64,000 nucleotides of DNA from Eubacteriales bacterium (GTDB lineage Bacteria; Bacillota; Clostridia; Oscillospirales; CAG-272): contig JAZKXO010000003.1 in assembly GCA_045611685.1 (NCBI GenBank), positions 20,767 through 84,766 on the forward strand. Direction: 5' to 3'. This document shows positions 28,069 through 39,446 of this stretch, piece by piece. The translations under genes and the position numbers were made by a program. The notes below the pieces were generated by a model, which was given only the letters and a program-made list of their open reading frames with translations, was not told the DNA's origin and made no database searches. How positions within the stretch are numbered: the stretch's first letter is position 1; each line of letters begins with the position of its first letter.

Positions 28069-28683
28069 TTATTCGTTAAAAAAGGAGTCGGTAGTGTCTT
28101 TCATGCGGGGGGAGCGGTGGTGCTCCGCCGAGAGAATTTCTCGGATGAGGGCGGCGCATTTCTCCGCACCGTCATTCTCGTTCACGACGACGTAATCGTA
28201 CCGCTCGGCGAGAGTGAGCTCATCACGTGCGCGTGCGAGGCGGGTTTTGATAACGTCATCCGTCTCCGTGCCGCGGCCGCGGAGTCTTGCCTCCAGCGTT
28301 TTGCCGTCCGGCGGCAAGAGCATAATGGTGAGAGCATCGGGGAACTGCTTTTTCACCTGCATGGCGCCGTCCGTCTCGATCTCCAAAATCAGATCGTGGC
28401 CGGCGGAGAGCACCCGATCCGCTTCGGATTTGAGAGTGCCGTAATAGTTGCCGCAGTACATAGTGTGCTCTAAAATTTCACCGTGTGCCAAAGCTTCCTC
28501 GAAATCGTCGCGTGTCATGAAGTAATACTGCACGCCGTCCTCCTCACCGGGGCGCGGAGAGCGCGTAGTGGCAGATACGGAAAAGCCGAGATCGGGGAGC
28601 ATTTCACGGAGAAGCTTTACAACGGTGCCCTTGCCGCTTCCGGCAGGCCCCGAGATTACAATAAGAAGTCCGTCTTTACTCAT
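28069..28683 (-). CDS. gmk: Guanylate kinase
   Basis: SGPAGSGKGT, SATTRSPRPGE, NYYGT. Confidence 0.97.
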   Translation of the reverse strand: MSKDGLLIVISGPAGSGKGTVVKLLREMLPDLGFSVSATTRSPRPGEEDGVQYYFMTRDDFEEALAHGEILEHTMYCGNYYGTLKSEADRVLSAGHDLILEIETDGAMQVKKQFPDALTIMLLPPDGKTLEARLRGRGTETDDVIKTRLARARDELTLAERYDYVVVNENDGAEKCAALIREILSAEHHRSPRMKDTTDSFFNE

Positions 28684-28957
28684 GTGCTTCCTCACTTTGT
28701 TCGTCGGCGGTTTGATCTTCCGAATTTCCGCTCATACGTGCGGCGAGCGTTTCGGCAGGCAGGGCAGAAAGAATGACGTGATCGCTGTCCATAATGAGCA
28801 CCGACTTCGTTTTTTTGCCGCAGGTGCAGTCGATAGCGCGTCCGGTCTCGCGGCTGTCCTGGATGAGCCGCTTGATCGGTGCGGATTCGGGGGAAGCCAA
28901 AGCCACGATCCGCTCGGCGGAGATCATATTGGAAAAACCGATGTTAATAAATCTCAT
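28676..28957 (-). CDS. remA: RemA/DUF370 family protein
   Basis: INIGFSNMISAERI...SAPIKRLI...DSDHVILSAL.PET-like. Confidence 0.9.
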   Translation of the reverse strand: MRFINIGFSNMISAERIVALASPESAPIKRLIQDSRETGRAIDCTCGKKTKSVLIMDSDHVILSALPAETLAARMSGNSEDQTADEQSEEAHE

Positions 28958-28968
28958 ACTGTTAAACC

Positions 28969-29862
28969 TTATTCAATGTTCTGGATCTGTTCACGGATTT
29001 TTTCAAGTTCGCTCTTCATATCGACGACGAGGCGTGCGATGGCGGCGTTGTTGGCCTTGGAACCGATCGTGTTCGTTTCACGGTTCATTTCCTGGAGTAA
29101 GAAGTCGAGCTTGCGTCCTGCCGGTTCCGGGCTCTCAAGAATTTCCGCGAGAGCGGAGAAGTGGGAGTTCAGTCTTACGAGTTCCTCGTCGATCGCGGCG
29201 CGGTCGGCAAAAATGGCGACCTCGGTGAGGATGCGCTGTTCGTCGATCTGAATGGTGTAATTTTCGAGCAGTTGGTGGATACGCGTGTCAAGCTTCGCCT
29301 TGTAGCCGTCGATATCCTTTTCGGAGAGGATTTTCACCTCGGCGGCGCACGCCTTGATCTTTTCCGCTTTGGCGAGAATGTCGACTTTGAGATTTTCGCC
29401 CTCACGTTCTCTTGCAGAGAGGAAGGCGTCAATCGCAGACGAGAGAACGGCTTTGATGTCGTTCCAGTCACGCTCCATATCGTCTTCCGGCTTCTTGACA
29501 AGGAAGAGGTCGCGGTTGCCCGCCACGGACATAACGGAAATATCGTCCTTGAGACCAAAACGGTCGCGCAGGGTGTAGAGCGCATTAAGATAGGATTCTG
29601 TAAGCGCTCCGTCAAGAGTGATCTGCATACCGTCCTGCTCGAGCACGTCGATGCCGATATATACTTCAATTTTGCCACGGACGATACCGCGCTCCGTCAG
29701 ATACGCCTTGATCTTTTCCTCAAGGAAAGAGTAGGCGCGGGGAAGACGTACGCTGCAGTCCAGAAAACGGCTGTTTACACTTTTGATTTCGGCTGTAATA
29801 TCCTTCGATCCGGAGGCGGAGAGTGCCCTTGCCCGACCGAAAGCAGTCATACTTTTAAGCAT
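28969..29862 (-). CDS. yicC: YicC/YloC family endoribonuclease
   Basis: SMTAFG, SVNSRFLD, GRKLDFLLQEMNRETNTIGSK, REQIQNIE. Confidence 0.95.
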   Translation of the reverse strand: MLKSMTAFGRARALSASGSKDITAEIKSVNSRFLDCSVRLPRAYSFLEEKIKAYLTERGIVRGKIEVYIGIDVLEQDGMQITLDGALTESYLNALYTLRDRFGLKDDISVMSVAGNRDLFLVKKPEDDMERDWNDIKAVLSSAIDAFLSAREREGENLKVDILAKAEKIKACAAEVKILSEKDIDGYKAKLDTRIHQLLENYTIQIDEQRILTEVAIFADRAAIDEELVRLNSHFSALAEILESPEPAGRKLDFLLQEMNRETNTIGSKANNAAIARLVVDMKSELEKIREQIQNIE

Positions 29863-29974
29863 TTGTTTCAAAGTCCTTTTTAGGCGCATTTTTTATATAA
29901 AGATATACTGAATATATTATAATCCATTTTCGCGCTCTTTGTCAACTTTATCCGTATATTTTTGGCAAAAACAT

Positions 29975-30005
29975 AAAAAACAGGCGTATTTTACGCCTGT
30001 TTTTT
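29975..30005. terminator. Intrinsic terminator
   Basis: AAAAAACAGGCGTA/TACGCCTGTTTTT. Confidence 0.8.
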
Positions 30006-30038
30006 GCTATTTGTGTAACGATTCTAAAAGGTCGTCCG

Positions 30039-30584
30039 TCAGTCGCGGAGATTTTTAATTTTGAGGCGCCGTCTGAGACGAATGAGGTACGTCGTAATAC
30101 ACGCAGTAAGGCAGAGATCGTACAGGACGAACACGATGACGGCGAGTACCGTTTCGACGATCGCCAAGCCGTATCCCGCACCGGTCAGCCCCAGCACCTT
30201 TTGGGCGATGAGGACAAAGAGAAACTGCTCGGCCGTAAAGAACAAAATTTTCAAAGCCCAACCGGCAATCGGGCGGAGTTTTTCAAGCCCTGCCTTCACG
30301 ATTGGGTAAAACCCGCCGAGGAGATACAAAAGCGCCGCGGATTTCGAGGGGAGAAAGAGAAACGAAAGAAGGGAGGTAGCCGCCCAGACGAGCCATGCCC
30401 ACGGGATGCTGATCTCGATAACCGCAAATACGATACAGAGGGAGGAAAGGAGCATCATCGTGAGATCAAGGATCTCCGTGAGAGCGCCGACGAGCATAAA
30501 AACGACGCCCCAAGCGGTCAAAAAACTGCATACGGCGAGCCGCCGCGTGGTGAGCGCGCCTTTCGTCAAAAATGGTTTTTTCAT
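30039..30584 (-). CDS. Hypothetical integral membrane protein
   Basis: 181 aa, about 5-6 hydrophobic segments; co-oriented with the DnaJ-domain gene. Confidence 0.75.
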   Translation of the reverse strand: MKKPFLTKGALTTRRLAVCSFLTAWGVVFMLVGALTEILDLTMMLLSSLCIVFAVIEISIPWAWLVWAATSLLSFLFLPSKSAALLYLLGGFYPIVKAGLEKLRPIAGWALKILFFTAEQFLFVLIAQKVLGLTGAGYGLAIVETVLAVIVFVLYDLCLTACITTYLIRLRRRLKIKNLRD

Positions 30585-30597
30585 TGGGCTTTCTCCG

Positions 30598-31215
30598 TCA
30601 GCAGCAGCGGATCAGATCGCCGCCGCAGCATTCGCAAAGACAGTCCGCACAGATGAGGGTGGAACACAAATCGCAGCTCGAGCAAGAGGAATACTGCCTT
30701 GTCGTATAGGGTGAGCCGTACTGTGAAGCGTTGGTGCGCATCCGCTGTTTGGCTTCCCTGTATTCGAGATTCGTAGGGTCGAGGTATGCGGCGGTTTCAA
30801 TATATTTCTGTGCATCAAACACGAAGCCGCGCTTCAGAAGAACGCATCCTTTGAGGAAATTCCATTCCGCGCCGCGACCGCTTTGCGGCGTGGCATCGAG
30901 GATCAGCTCCGCTTCGGCAAAATGCCCCTCGTTCATTAATCGACGGACGTTTGCAAAATCGGTGGACGTGCCGCTTTGTGAGTAGAATCCGCCCGCGGAA
31001 CCGTAGTGCGAGCCCGTGCTGCCGCCGGCGCGCGCGTTCTGGATGGCGTCGTAGGCCTCGTTGATCTCTTTCATTTTCTCCTCGGCTACGTCCGCGAGAT
31101 TGCTGTTGGCGTAGTTGTCCGGATGGTATTTTCGCGCCAAAGCGCGGTAGGCTTTCTTTATTTCGTCGTCCGTTGCGTTGCGCGCAACGCCGAGTATAGT
31201 ATACGGATCTTTCAT
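30598..31215 (-). CDS. J-domain protein with TPR-like middle and Cys-rich C-terminus
   Basis: DPYTILGV...KYHPD...INEAYD; tail [28 protein letters not shown]. Confidence 0.88.
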   Translation of the reverse strand: MKDPYTILGVARNATDDEIKKAYRALARKYHPDNYANSNLADVAEEKMKEINEAYDAIQNARAGGSTGSHYGSAGGFYSQSGTSTDFANVRRLMNEGHFAEAELILDATPQSGRGAEWNFLKGCVLLKRGFVFDAQKYIETAAYLDPTNLEYREAKQRMRTNASQYGSPYTTRQYSSCSSCDLCSTLICADCLCECCGGDLIRCC

Positions 31216-31264
31216 ATACGTCTCCCCCGAAGGGCATCCTTTCCCGAATAGTCTATACGACCGA

Positions 31265-32188
31265 TTAAGTAAGCGCCAAAACGCGGCGAAGCTCCTCGGG
31301 CATGCCGAGATAGGCTATGTTCTTTACAATGCCTGCCGTTTGTGGCTGACAGCGGGTGAAATCAATCAGCTCCAGCGCGTTTTGCAGTTTTGATAAGTCG
31401 TTCAGCGCTGAGATATAAATGCTTTCCGCGATGTCGGTTGTAAGGCGCGTCCTCGTTTGTGTGCGTCCCCCGCGGTCCGAGAAAGTCCTCTCTGCAAGAA
31501 GCGAGGATACGTCCCCATCTCCGGCGTAGAGTCGGAGAATCGGATTATATTGGCCGGATACGGCATCATCCGCGGCATCATCCGCGGCGTCTGTAACGTA
31601 GATGAATCTGCCGACGGCACGGCCGACTTCGTAGGCGATGCGCCGCTCGGTGTCGGTAAGACCGTAGGCAAAAACTGTGCCGAGTACGTCGCCGAACTTT
31701 TCGGCCGTCTCATCAAGTGAGGCGCATCCTTCGTTTTCCAAAGCGGAGAGCGCGGTGAGCGATTTTGTGATCTCCCCCTCGAGATCACCCATTCCGTCCG
31801 CACGGCGGCGGACGGCGCGCGCGCCGGGCACAAGCATTTTGGCACGGAGACGTTTTCTGCCCGATTCATCGGCGATATCGTCTTTGAGTTTTGCAAAATT
31901 CAAAATTGCGGCGGCGCGTGCGGTGTACGCGAACACGTCGCTGTCCTTCGCCATTGCCCGTTTTTTCAGAGGATGGACGGCACAGCGGTGACGCTCAATC
32001 TCAAAGGGAATTCCGAGAAGAGCCGCGCGGAACGCGGCGAGAAATACGAAATCGTAACTGAGAGAGAGGCGGGAAGCACAGCCGGTGTGCTGTCCCATAG
32101 CACGGCAAAGTCCGCAGTAGATACTGCGGTAAAGCTCGTTCTCCGAAACGAGCATCTGTCCGACCAGCGGACGGATATACCCGAACAT
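31265..32188 (-). CDS. DUF5685-like protein
   Basis: MFGYIRP...YRSIYCGLC...LSYDFVF...RCAVHP; [12 protein letters not shown]. Confidence 0.75.
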   Translation of the reverse strand: MFGYIRPLVGQMLVSENELYRSIYCGLCRAMGQHTGCASRLSLSYDFVFLAAFRAALLGIPFEIERHRCAVHPLKKRAMAKDSDVFAYTARAAAILNFAKLKDDIADESGRKRLRAKMLVPGARAVRRRADGMGDLEGEITKSLTALSALENEGCASLDETAEKFGDVLGTVFAYGLTDTERRIAYEVGRAVGRFIYVTDAADDAADDAVSGQYNPILRLYAGDGDVSSLLAERTFSDRGGRTQTRTRLTTDIAESIYISALNDLSKLQNALELIDFTRCQPQTAGIVKNIAYLGMPEELRRVLALT

Positions 32189-32340
32189 ATGCTGCCCCCT
32201 TCTCACTATTTGATGCTTATTATACAGCATACTTTTTACAATCTCAAGGGATTACCATGGACAAACTGTAAACTCTTTGTGGAAAAAATGATTACGAACA
32301 TTGAGGAGTGATAAAAATCGGCGCATTTCGAAAAAAAGTA

Positions 32341-32369
32341 TTGACAAACCGAAATGCGTGTGGTATTAT
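32341..32369 (+). promoter_or_regulatory. sigA promoter of the tRNA operon
   Basis: TTGACA-17-TATTAT with extended TG. Confidence 0.75.
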
Positions 32370-32395
32370 ATTTAGGCGAGTTAAAAAACGCCTAT

Positions 32396-32469
32396 GCGGG
32401 TGTAGTTCAGTGGTAGAATTCCAGCCTTCCAAGCTGGTTATGTGGGTTCGATTCCCATCACCCGCTCCA
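32396..32469 (+). tRNA. tRNA-Gly(UCC)
   Basis: Anticodon arm CCAGC-CTTCCAA-GCTGG, CCA end. Confidence 0.96.
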
Positions 32470-32500
32470 GTACTTTCGTATACGGGCGGCGCGCACTTTT

Positions 32501-32577
<77 letters not shown>

Positions 32578-32580
32578 TAT

Positions 32581-32658
32581 GGTGGATGTAGCTCAGTTGG
32601 TTAGAGCGCCAGGTTGTGGCCCTGGAGGTCGTGGGTTCGACTCCCATCATTCACCCCA
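32581..32658 (+). tRNA. tRNA-His(GUG)
   Basis: CCAGG-TTGTGGC-CCTGG, encoded G-1, CCA. Confidence 0.95.
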
Positions 32659-32674
32659 TGCGGCAAAGCCGCAG

Positions 32675-32706
32675 AAAGCACACATGCGACAGCATGTGTG
32701 CTTTTT
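32675..32706 (+). terminator. Terminator of the tRNA operon
   Basis: AAAGCACACATGC/GCATGTGTGCTTTTT. Confidence 0.8.
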
Positions 32707-32855
32707 CATTTTCTGTGAGAAAAGGGTTCGCCCGCGGGCGAAGCCTTGTGTTTTCACCGGCAAGAGCATTTCGGCCAAACGATATCTTTTCTCTTGAAAA
32801 AAATTTACTGCTATGGTATACTGATGACAGAATGGCAGAAATGCGGAGGAAAATT

Positions 32856-33242
32856 ATGAGTGAGTATTTGACGAAAGAGTATGCTGCCGCTGTCAGTGCC
32901 GCCCAACTTGCGTATCTCGGGGATGCGGTGCTTGAGGTTTTGGTGCGTCGTCGGCTCATTGGCGAAAGCCACAGAAAACCGAGCGAAGAAGCGCTTTCGT
33001 ACGTAACGGCTGCAGCGCAGAGCGATGCCGCCGAGCGCATTCTCCCGCTTCTGACTGAACACGAGGATGCGGCGTATCGGAGAGGCAGAAATTGCGTCCA
33101 CGCCAATGTCCCGAAGAAGGCGACTATGGCACAGTACCGCCGCGCTACAGGCTTTGAAGCACTGTTCGGCTATCTCCATCTGATCGGTGACACGGCGCGT
33201 ATTGAATTTTTGTTTGAAGCGGCGTATCCGGCGGAAAAATAA
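32856..33242 (+). CDS. mrnC: Mini-ribonuclease III
   Basis: LAYLGDAVLE, RRGRN, YRRATGFEALFGYL. Confidence 0.92.
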   Translation: MSEYLTKEYAAAVSAAQLAYLGDAVLEVLVRRRLIGESHRKPSEEALSYVTAAAQSDAAERILPLLTEHEDAAYRRGRNCVHANVPKKATMAQYRRATGFEALFGYLHLIGDTARIEFLFEAAYPAEK

Positions 33243-33316
33243 TGCGAAGATCTGTGCTCAATTATCCATTGGGCGGATATAATGAGTAGTGACGATTACA
33301 AAATGGGGAGGGTCTT

Positions 33317-33697
33317 ATGGAATTTACGGATAAAGTAAATGAGTTCACCAAGAAGGTGTCCGATAAGGCAAACGGCCTTATCGAAATGGGGAAACTGACA
33401 GCGAAGATCCATGGAGAAACGGCGGACGTTGATGCGCTTAAAAAGAAGATAGGCGAGGTCTGTTTCGGTAAGTACAGATCGGGCGATCCGCTTGATCCTG
33501 AGGTGGAAAAGCTTTGTGCCGCGATTGAAAAGCACAAACGCAATATCGCGGAGAATGAGCGAAAGAGGGAGCGTCTTAGGAAAAGCGATCCCAAGACGGT
33601 TGATCCCGCGGCAAACGGCATTTGCCCCTACTGCGGCGAGAAGATTGTCAAGAACGGTAAATTCTGCCCATACTGCGGCGAGAAAATGGATGAATAA
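33317..33697 (+). CDS. Zinc-ribbon domain protein
   Basis: Coiled N-terminus, C-terminal CPYCG...FCPYCG. Confidence 0.8.
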   Translation: MEFTDKVNEFTKKVSDKANGLIEMGKLTAKIHGETADVDALKKKIGEVCFGKYRSGDPLDPEVEKLCAAIEKHKRNIAENERKRERLRKSDPKTVDPAANGICPYCGEKIVKNGKFCPYCGEKMDE

Positions 33698-33730
33698 AGA
33701 AAAGAGGATGCTCGGAGAGCATCCTCTTTT

Positions 33731-35050
<1,320 letters not shown>

Positions 35051-35075
35051 TTATCTTTCTCTGGTATTTTGTCAG

Positions 35076-36266
35076 TCAGCCGATCATTTCTGCCGCCAGT
35101 TCACCGATTATACGGATGCCGGCTTTGATGTCCTCATCCGACGGCGTGGAATAGTTGAGGCGGAAGGACTGGGAGGGAGCCTCCGTGTCACAGTTGAATG
35201 CGGTGCCGGGAACGACAGCCACTTTCTTTTCAATGGCTTTTTTGACGAATGCGTTCATGTCTACGCCGTCGGGCAAGGTGCACCAAATGAACAGGCCGCC
35301 CTCGGGGCGTGTGTAATGTACCTCTTTCGGCATATACTGATTAAGGCATGAAAGCATGAGATTGCATTTGTCGCGGTACAAGGCGCGGATCTTCTCGATA
35401 TGCGCGTCCATATCGCGCTCCGTCATGAAGCGATGACAGAGCATCTGGAAGAACTGGTTCGTGTGTACGTCCTCGCACTGCTTGCCGACGGCCATTTTCT
35501 GCACGATCGGATCGGGCGCGCAGACAAATCCGACACGCATACCGGACGAGAGGATTTTCGAGAACGAGGAACAGTAGATGACGATGCCCGCATCGTCCAA
35601 AGCCTTGATCGGGAGGATATCATCACCGGCAAAGCGGAGATCCCCGTACGGGTTGTCCTCGAGAATGATCACGCCGTGCTTTTTCGCAATTTCGTAAATA
35701 GCCGCGCGCTTTTCGGCGGAGGTGGTCGTTCCCGCGGGATTTTGGAACGTGGGGATGAGGTAGATCATCTTCGTGTTCGGATGCTTTTGGAGTGCCGTCT
35801 CAAGATCGGCGGGATCAATGCCGTCCTCACGGAGCGGGATGCCTACGGTTTTCGCGCCGACAGCGCGGAACGCGTTGAGCGCACCGATAAAACTGGGGTT
35901 TTCGCACAGAACGACGTCGCCGGGATTGCACAGCACGCGGCACGCAAGCTCAAGGCCCTGATTGCCGCCGGAGGTGATGATCGTTGTGTCGAAATCACGG
36001 CCGATCTTGAATTTATCACGGAGGCGTTCGGTTACCGCACGGCGAAGCGGTGGGTATCCTTCGGTGATGCCGTACTGGAGCGCGGCGGAGGCGCTCTTCT
36101 CAAAAATGTCGGCAGAAATGGCGGCAAGATCTTCCGCGGGGAACGAGAGCGGCGATGGATTGCCCGCAGCAAAACTGATGATCGAAGGATCGGAGAGACT
36201 TTTGAAAATCTCACGGATCGCGGAGGGCTTCAGTGAAGCCAGATTGTCGGAGAATTTGTATTCCAT
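35076..36266 (-). CDS. PLP-dependent aminotransferase class I/II (LysN-like)
   Basis: IPTFQNPAG, EDNPYG, SFSKILSSGMRVG. Confidence 0.9.
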   Translation of the reverse strand: MEYKFSDNLASLKPSAIREIFKSLSDPSIISFAAGNPSPLSFPAEDLAAISADIFEKSASAALQYGITEGYPPLRRAVTERLRDKFKIGRDFDTTIITSGGNQGLELACRVLCNPGDVVLCENPSFIGALNAFRAVGAKTVGIPLREDGIDPADLETALQKHPNTKMIYLIPTFQNPAGTTTSAEKRAAIYEIAKKHGVIILEDNPYGDLRFAGDDILPIKALDDAGIVIYCSSFSKILSSGMRVGFVCAPDPIVQKMAVGKQCEDVHTNQFFQMLCHRFMTERDMDAHIEKIRALYRDKCNLMLSCLNQYMPKEVHYTRPEGGLFIWCTLPDGVDMNAFVKKAIEKKVAVVPGTAFNCDTEAPSQSFRLNYSTPSDEDIKAGIRIIGELAAEMIG

Positions 36267-36499
36267 ATGCGTTTACCGCCTTTCAAGAGCCGAAGTTTTT
36301 TGTATAAACAACAGTATACCATATTTTTCAGCGGATTGCAACAGTTCAAGTTGTGAATTATAATTTGTACAGAAGAAGAAAGTTTTTCGAAAAAAGACGA
36401 TTTTTGCGCATAACTACTTGATTTTTTTTGGACTATGTATTAAAATAATGCATTATAGTGAATGATATTTACACGACAACGAAGGAGTTCAGGGAGTAT

Positions 36500-37564
36500 A
36501 TGGAAAAGAAGTTCAGAAAAATCGGCGTACTTACCTCAGGCGGCGATGCGCCCGGCATGAATGCCGCAGTCCGTGCCGTTACCCGTGCGGCTTTGGCACG
36601 CGGTGTGGAAGTAATGGGTATTTACGGCGGTTACAGCGGCCTTATTAACGATAAGATGATCGAACTGAAGGCGCGGGGCGTTTCCAATATCATCAACCGC
36701 GGCGGTACGTTTTTGTATTCCGATCGCTGTGATGAGTTCAAAACCGAAGAGGGTATGCAGAAAGCCATCGAAACGTGCAAAAAGCACGGGATCGACGGTA
36801 TCGTTGCGATCGGCGGCGACGGCACGTTCCGCGGGGCGACCGATCTGTCCGTCCGCGGCATTCCCACGATCGGTATTCCCGCCACGATTGATAACGATAT
36901 TACCGCAACGGAGAACTCCATCGGATTTGATACGGCAATGAACACAGTTCTTGCCGCTTGTGACCGCCTTCGCGATACGTGCGAGTCTCACGCCCGCTGC
37001 AACGTGGTGGAGGTCATGGGACGCGGTGCCGGCGATATTGCGCTCAATACCGCAATGGCACTGGGTGCTGTGGCTGTCGTTATTCCCGAGGTTGCCTTTG
37101 ACGAGGCCGCCTGCATGGAGAAGATCCGCCGTCTGCGTGCGGACGGAAAGCGGAGTTTTCTTGTGATCGTATCAGAGGGTGTTGAGAACTTCTCCGAGGG
37201 ACTCGCCAAGCGCATTCAGGCTGAGACCGGCGTTGAAACCAAATATGCTTGCCTTGCGCACACCGTGCGCGGCGGTGATCCCACGCTTTCTGACCGCGTG
37301 TTTGCGACCAAACTGGGCGTGGCTGCTGTTGAACGGCTTCTGGCAGGCGAAAGCAATCTCGTACTCTGCCAGCAGAAGAGCGAGATCGTAGCCGTCGATA
37401 TCGTTTATTCCCAGTGCCTCGACCGTTACTACAAGGGTACCTTGAAGGACGGCATGCTCGAGAAATTCTCCGATGCTGAGAAGGCCGAGATGGAAAAAGC
37501 GATCGCCGAGAAGAAAGAGGAATTCCGTAAGTATTACAGAATGGTCAACGATATCGCGCAGTAA
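36500..37564 (+). CDS. pfkA: 6-phosphofructokinase
   Basis: TSGGDAPGMNAA, GGDGT, TIDND, EVMGR. Confidence 0.92.
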   Translation: MEKKFRKIGVLTSGGDAPGMNAAVRAVTRAALARGVEVMGIYGGYSGLINDKMIELKARGVSNIINRGGTFLYSDRCDEFKTEEGMQKAIETCKKHGIDGIVAIGGDGTFRGATDLSVRGIPTIGIPATIDNDITATENSIGFDTAMNTVLAACDRLRDTCESHARCNVVEVMGRGAGDIALNTAMALGAVAVVIPEVAFDEAACMEKIRRLRADGKRSFLVIVSEGVENFSEGLAKRIQAETGVETKYACLAHTVRGGDPTLSDRVFATKLGVAAVERLLAGESNLVLCQQKSEIVAVDIVYSQCLDRYYKGTLKDGMLEKFSDAEKAEMEKAIAEKKEEFRKYYRMVNDIAQ

Positions 37565-37642
37565 TCTGAAATCTTTTGAACGGATAGCGTCCCGAAGTGT
37601 TATGCTTCGGGGCGTTTTTTCTCCTTTTCGTGGGCATTCATG

Positions 37643-37671
37643 TTGACAATTTGCCATATTTGGGATATAAT
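37643..37671 (+). promoter_or_regulatory. Consensus sigA promoter of sufC/sufBD
   Basis: TTGACA-17-TATAAT. Confidence 0.8.
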
Positions 37672-37735
37672 AATACGATAAAGCGAAAGCGACTTCGGCT
37701 CGCTTTGTCAAATCTGTAAATCATGGAGGAAAACT

Positions 37736-38470
37736 ATGCTGGAACTCATAAACGTCGGCTTCAACGTCGGCGGTGAGAAGGAAATTCTGCGCGGTATCAA
37801 CCTTACGATCGACGACAGATTCGTTGCTATCACAGGCCCGAACGGCGGCGGTAAATCCACTCTCGCGAAAATTATAGCCGGCATTTATCAGCCTACCTCC
37901 GGCAAAATTTTGCTGGACGGTGTGGATATAACAAACAAATCAATCACGGAGAGAGCGAGTCTTGGCATCAGTTACGCTTTCCAGCAGCCCGTTCGCTTCA
38001 AGGGACTTCGTGTGAAAGATCTTTTGAGCCTGGCAGCAGGAAAGAAAACGAATGTGGATGCGGCGTGTGCGCTCCTTTCCGAGGTAGGTCTCTGCGCGCG
38101 CGATTATATTGACCGTGAACTGAACGCCAGTCTCTCCGGCGGTGAACTCAAGCGCATCGAGATTGCGATGATTCTCGCACGCGGCACGAAACTGTCCATT
38201 TTTGACGAGCCGGAGGCCGGCATTGATCTTTGGAGTTTCCAAAACCTCATCCGTGTGTTTGAAAAAATGCATGAGGAAACGAAGGGCAATATTCTCATTA
38301 TCAGCCATCAGGAGCGAATTCTTAATATTGCCGATACGATCGTAGTCATAAAGAACGGTGAGCTTGCCGCTGTGGGTCCGCGTACGGAACTTCTTCCGGG
38401 GCTTCTCGCCGGTACGGAGAGCGGCACGTGCAGTGTCCTTGCCGATAAAGTAGAGGGGGTACGTGCGTAA
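37736..38470 (+). CDS. SufC-like ABC ATPase
   Basis: GPNGGGKST, LSGGELKRIE, DEPEAGIDL. Confidence 0.88.
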   Translation: MLELINVGFNVGGEKEILRGINLTIDDRFVAITGPNGGGKSTLAKIIAGIYQPTSGKILLDGVDITNKSITERASLGISYAFQQPVRFKGLRVKDLLSLAAGKKTNVDAACALLSEVGLCARDYIDRELNASLSGGELKRIEIAMILARGTKLSIFDEPEAGIDLWSFQNLIRVFEKMHEETKGNILIISHQERILNIADTIVVIKNGELAAVGPRTELLPGLLAGTESGTCSVLADKVEGVRA

Positions 38471-39387
38471 TGGATGCAATCAAACAGCGTCTTCTTAAAG
38501 AAGTAGCCGAGCTCGATTCCTTGCCCGTCGGCGCGTACAACATCCGTGAGAACGGAAAAGCGGGCGGACGGCAGACTACCGCCAATATTGATATTCAAAC
38601 GAAAACGGACAAGCCGGGCATCGATATTATCGTAAAAGCCGGCACCAAGAACGAAAGCGTCCATATCCCCGTTGTCCTGAGCGAATCGGGACTCAAGGAT
38701 ATGGTGTACAACGATTTCTTTATCGGCGAGGATGCCGACGTGGTCATCATTGCCGGCTGCGGTATTCATAACGCCGGCTGCGGTGATTCCGCACACGACG
38801 GTATCCATACGTTCCATCTCGCGAAGAATGCACGCCTCCGCTACGTGGAGAAGCATTACGGCGAGGGCGAGGGCAGCGGCAAGCGCCTTATGAACCCGAC
38901 GACGGTAGTGCATCTCGCCGAGGGCGCGCATATGGAAATGGAAACGACGCAGATCGGCGGTATCGACGATACCACGCGTATAACCAACGGCGATCTCGAG
39001 GCGGGCGCTTCTCTTGTCGTCCGCGAGAAGATCATGACCGTAGGCGATCAGCACGCCGTAACCGATTTCACCGTCGATATGAACGGGGAAGGCTCTTCCG
39101 TGAACGTCATCTCGCGCAGTGTCGCAAAAGAGAACAGCCGTCAGGAGTTCGTGAGCAGAATCAACGGCAATACCGCCTGCGCCGGGCACACCGAATGCGA
39201 CGCGATCATCATGGACGATGCGTGCGTGCTTGCCAGCCCCCAGATCACGGCAAACCACGTCGATGCATCGCTTATTCACGAGGCGGCGATCGGTAAAATT
39301 GCGGGTGAGCAGCTTATTAAGCTTATGACGCTCGGACTCACCGAGAGAGAAGCCGAAGAGCAGATCGTAAACGGATTTTTGGCATAA
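38470..39387 (+). CDS. SufB/SufD-family Fe-S assembly protein
   Basis: AGCGIH, GHTECDAII, LIHEAAIGKIA...QIVNGFL. Confidence 0.9.
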   Translation: MDAIKQRLLKEVAELDSLPVGAYNIRENGKAGGRQTTANIDIQTKTDKPGIDIIVKAGTKNESVHIPVVLSESGLKDMVYNDFFIGEDADVVIIAGCGIHNAGCGDSAHDGIHTFHLAKNARLRYVEKHYGEGEGSGKRLMNPTTVVHLAEGAHMEMETTQIGGIDDTTRITNGDLEAGASLVVREKIMTVGDQHAVTDFTVDMNGEGSSVNVISRSVAKENSRQEFVSRINGNTACAGHTECDAIIMDDACVLASPQITANHVDASLIHEAAIGKIAGEQLIKLMTLGLTEREAEEQIVNGFLA

Positions 39388-39446
39388 TTTTAAGGCCGGG
39401 CAGTGGACAACCCATTGTCCGGCAAATCTTTGAAAGGAGAGCGGAA

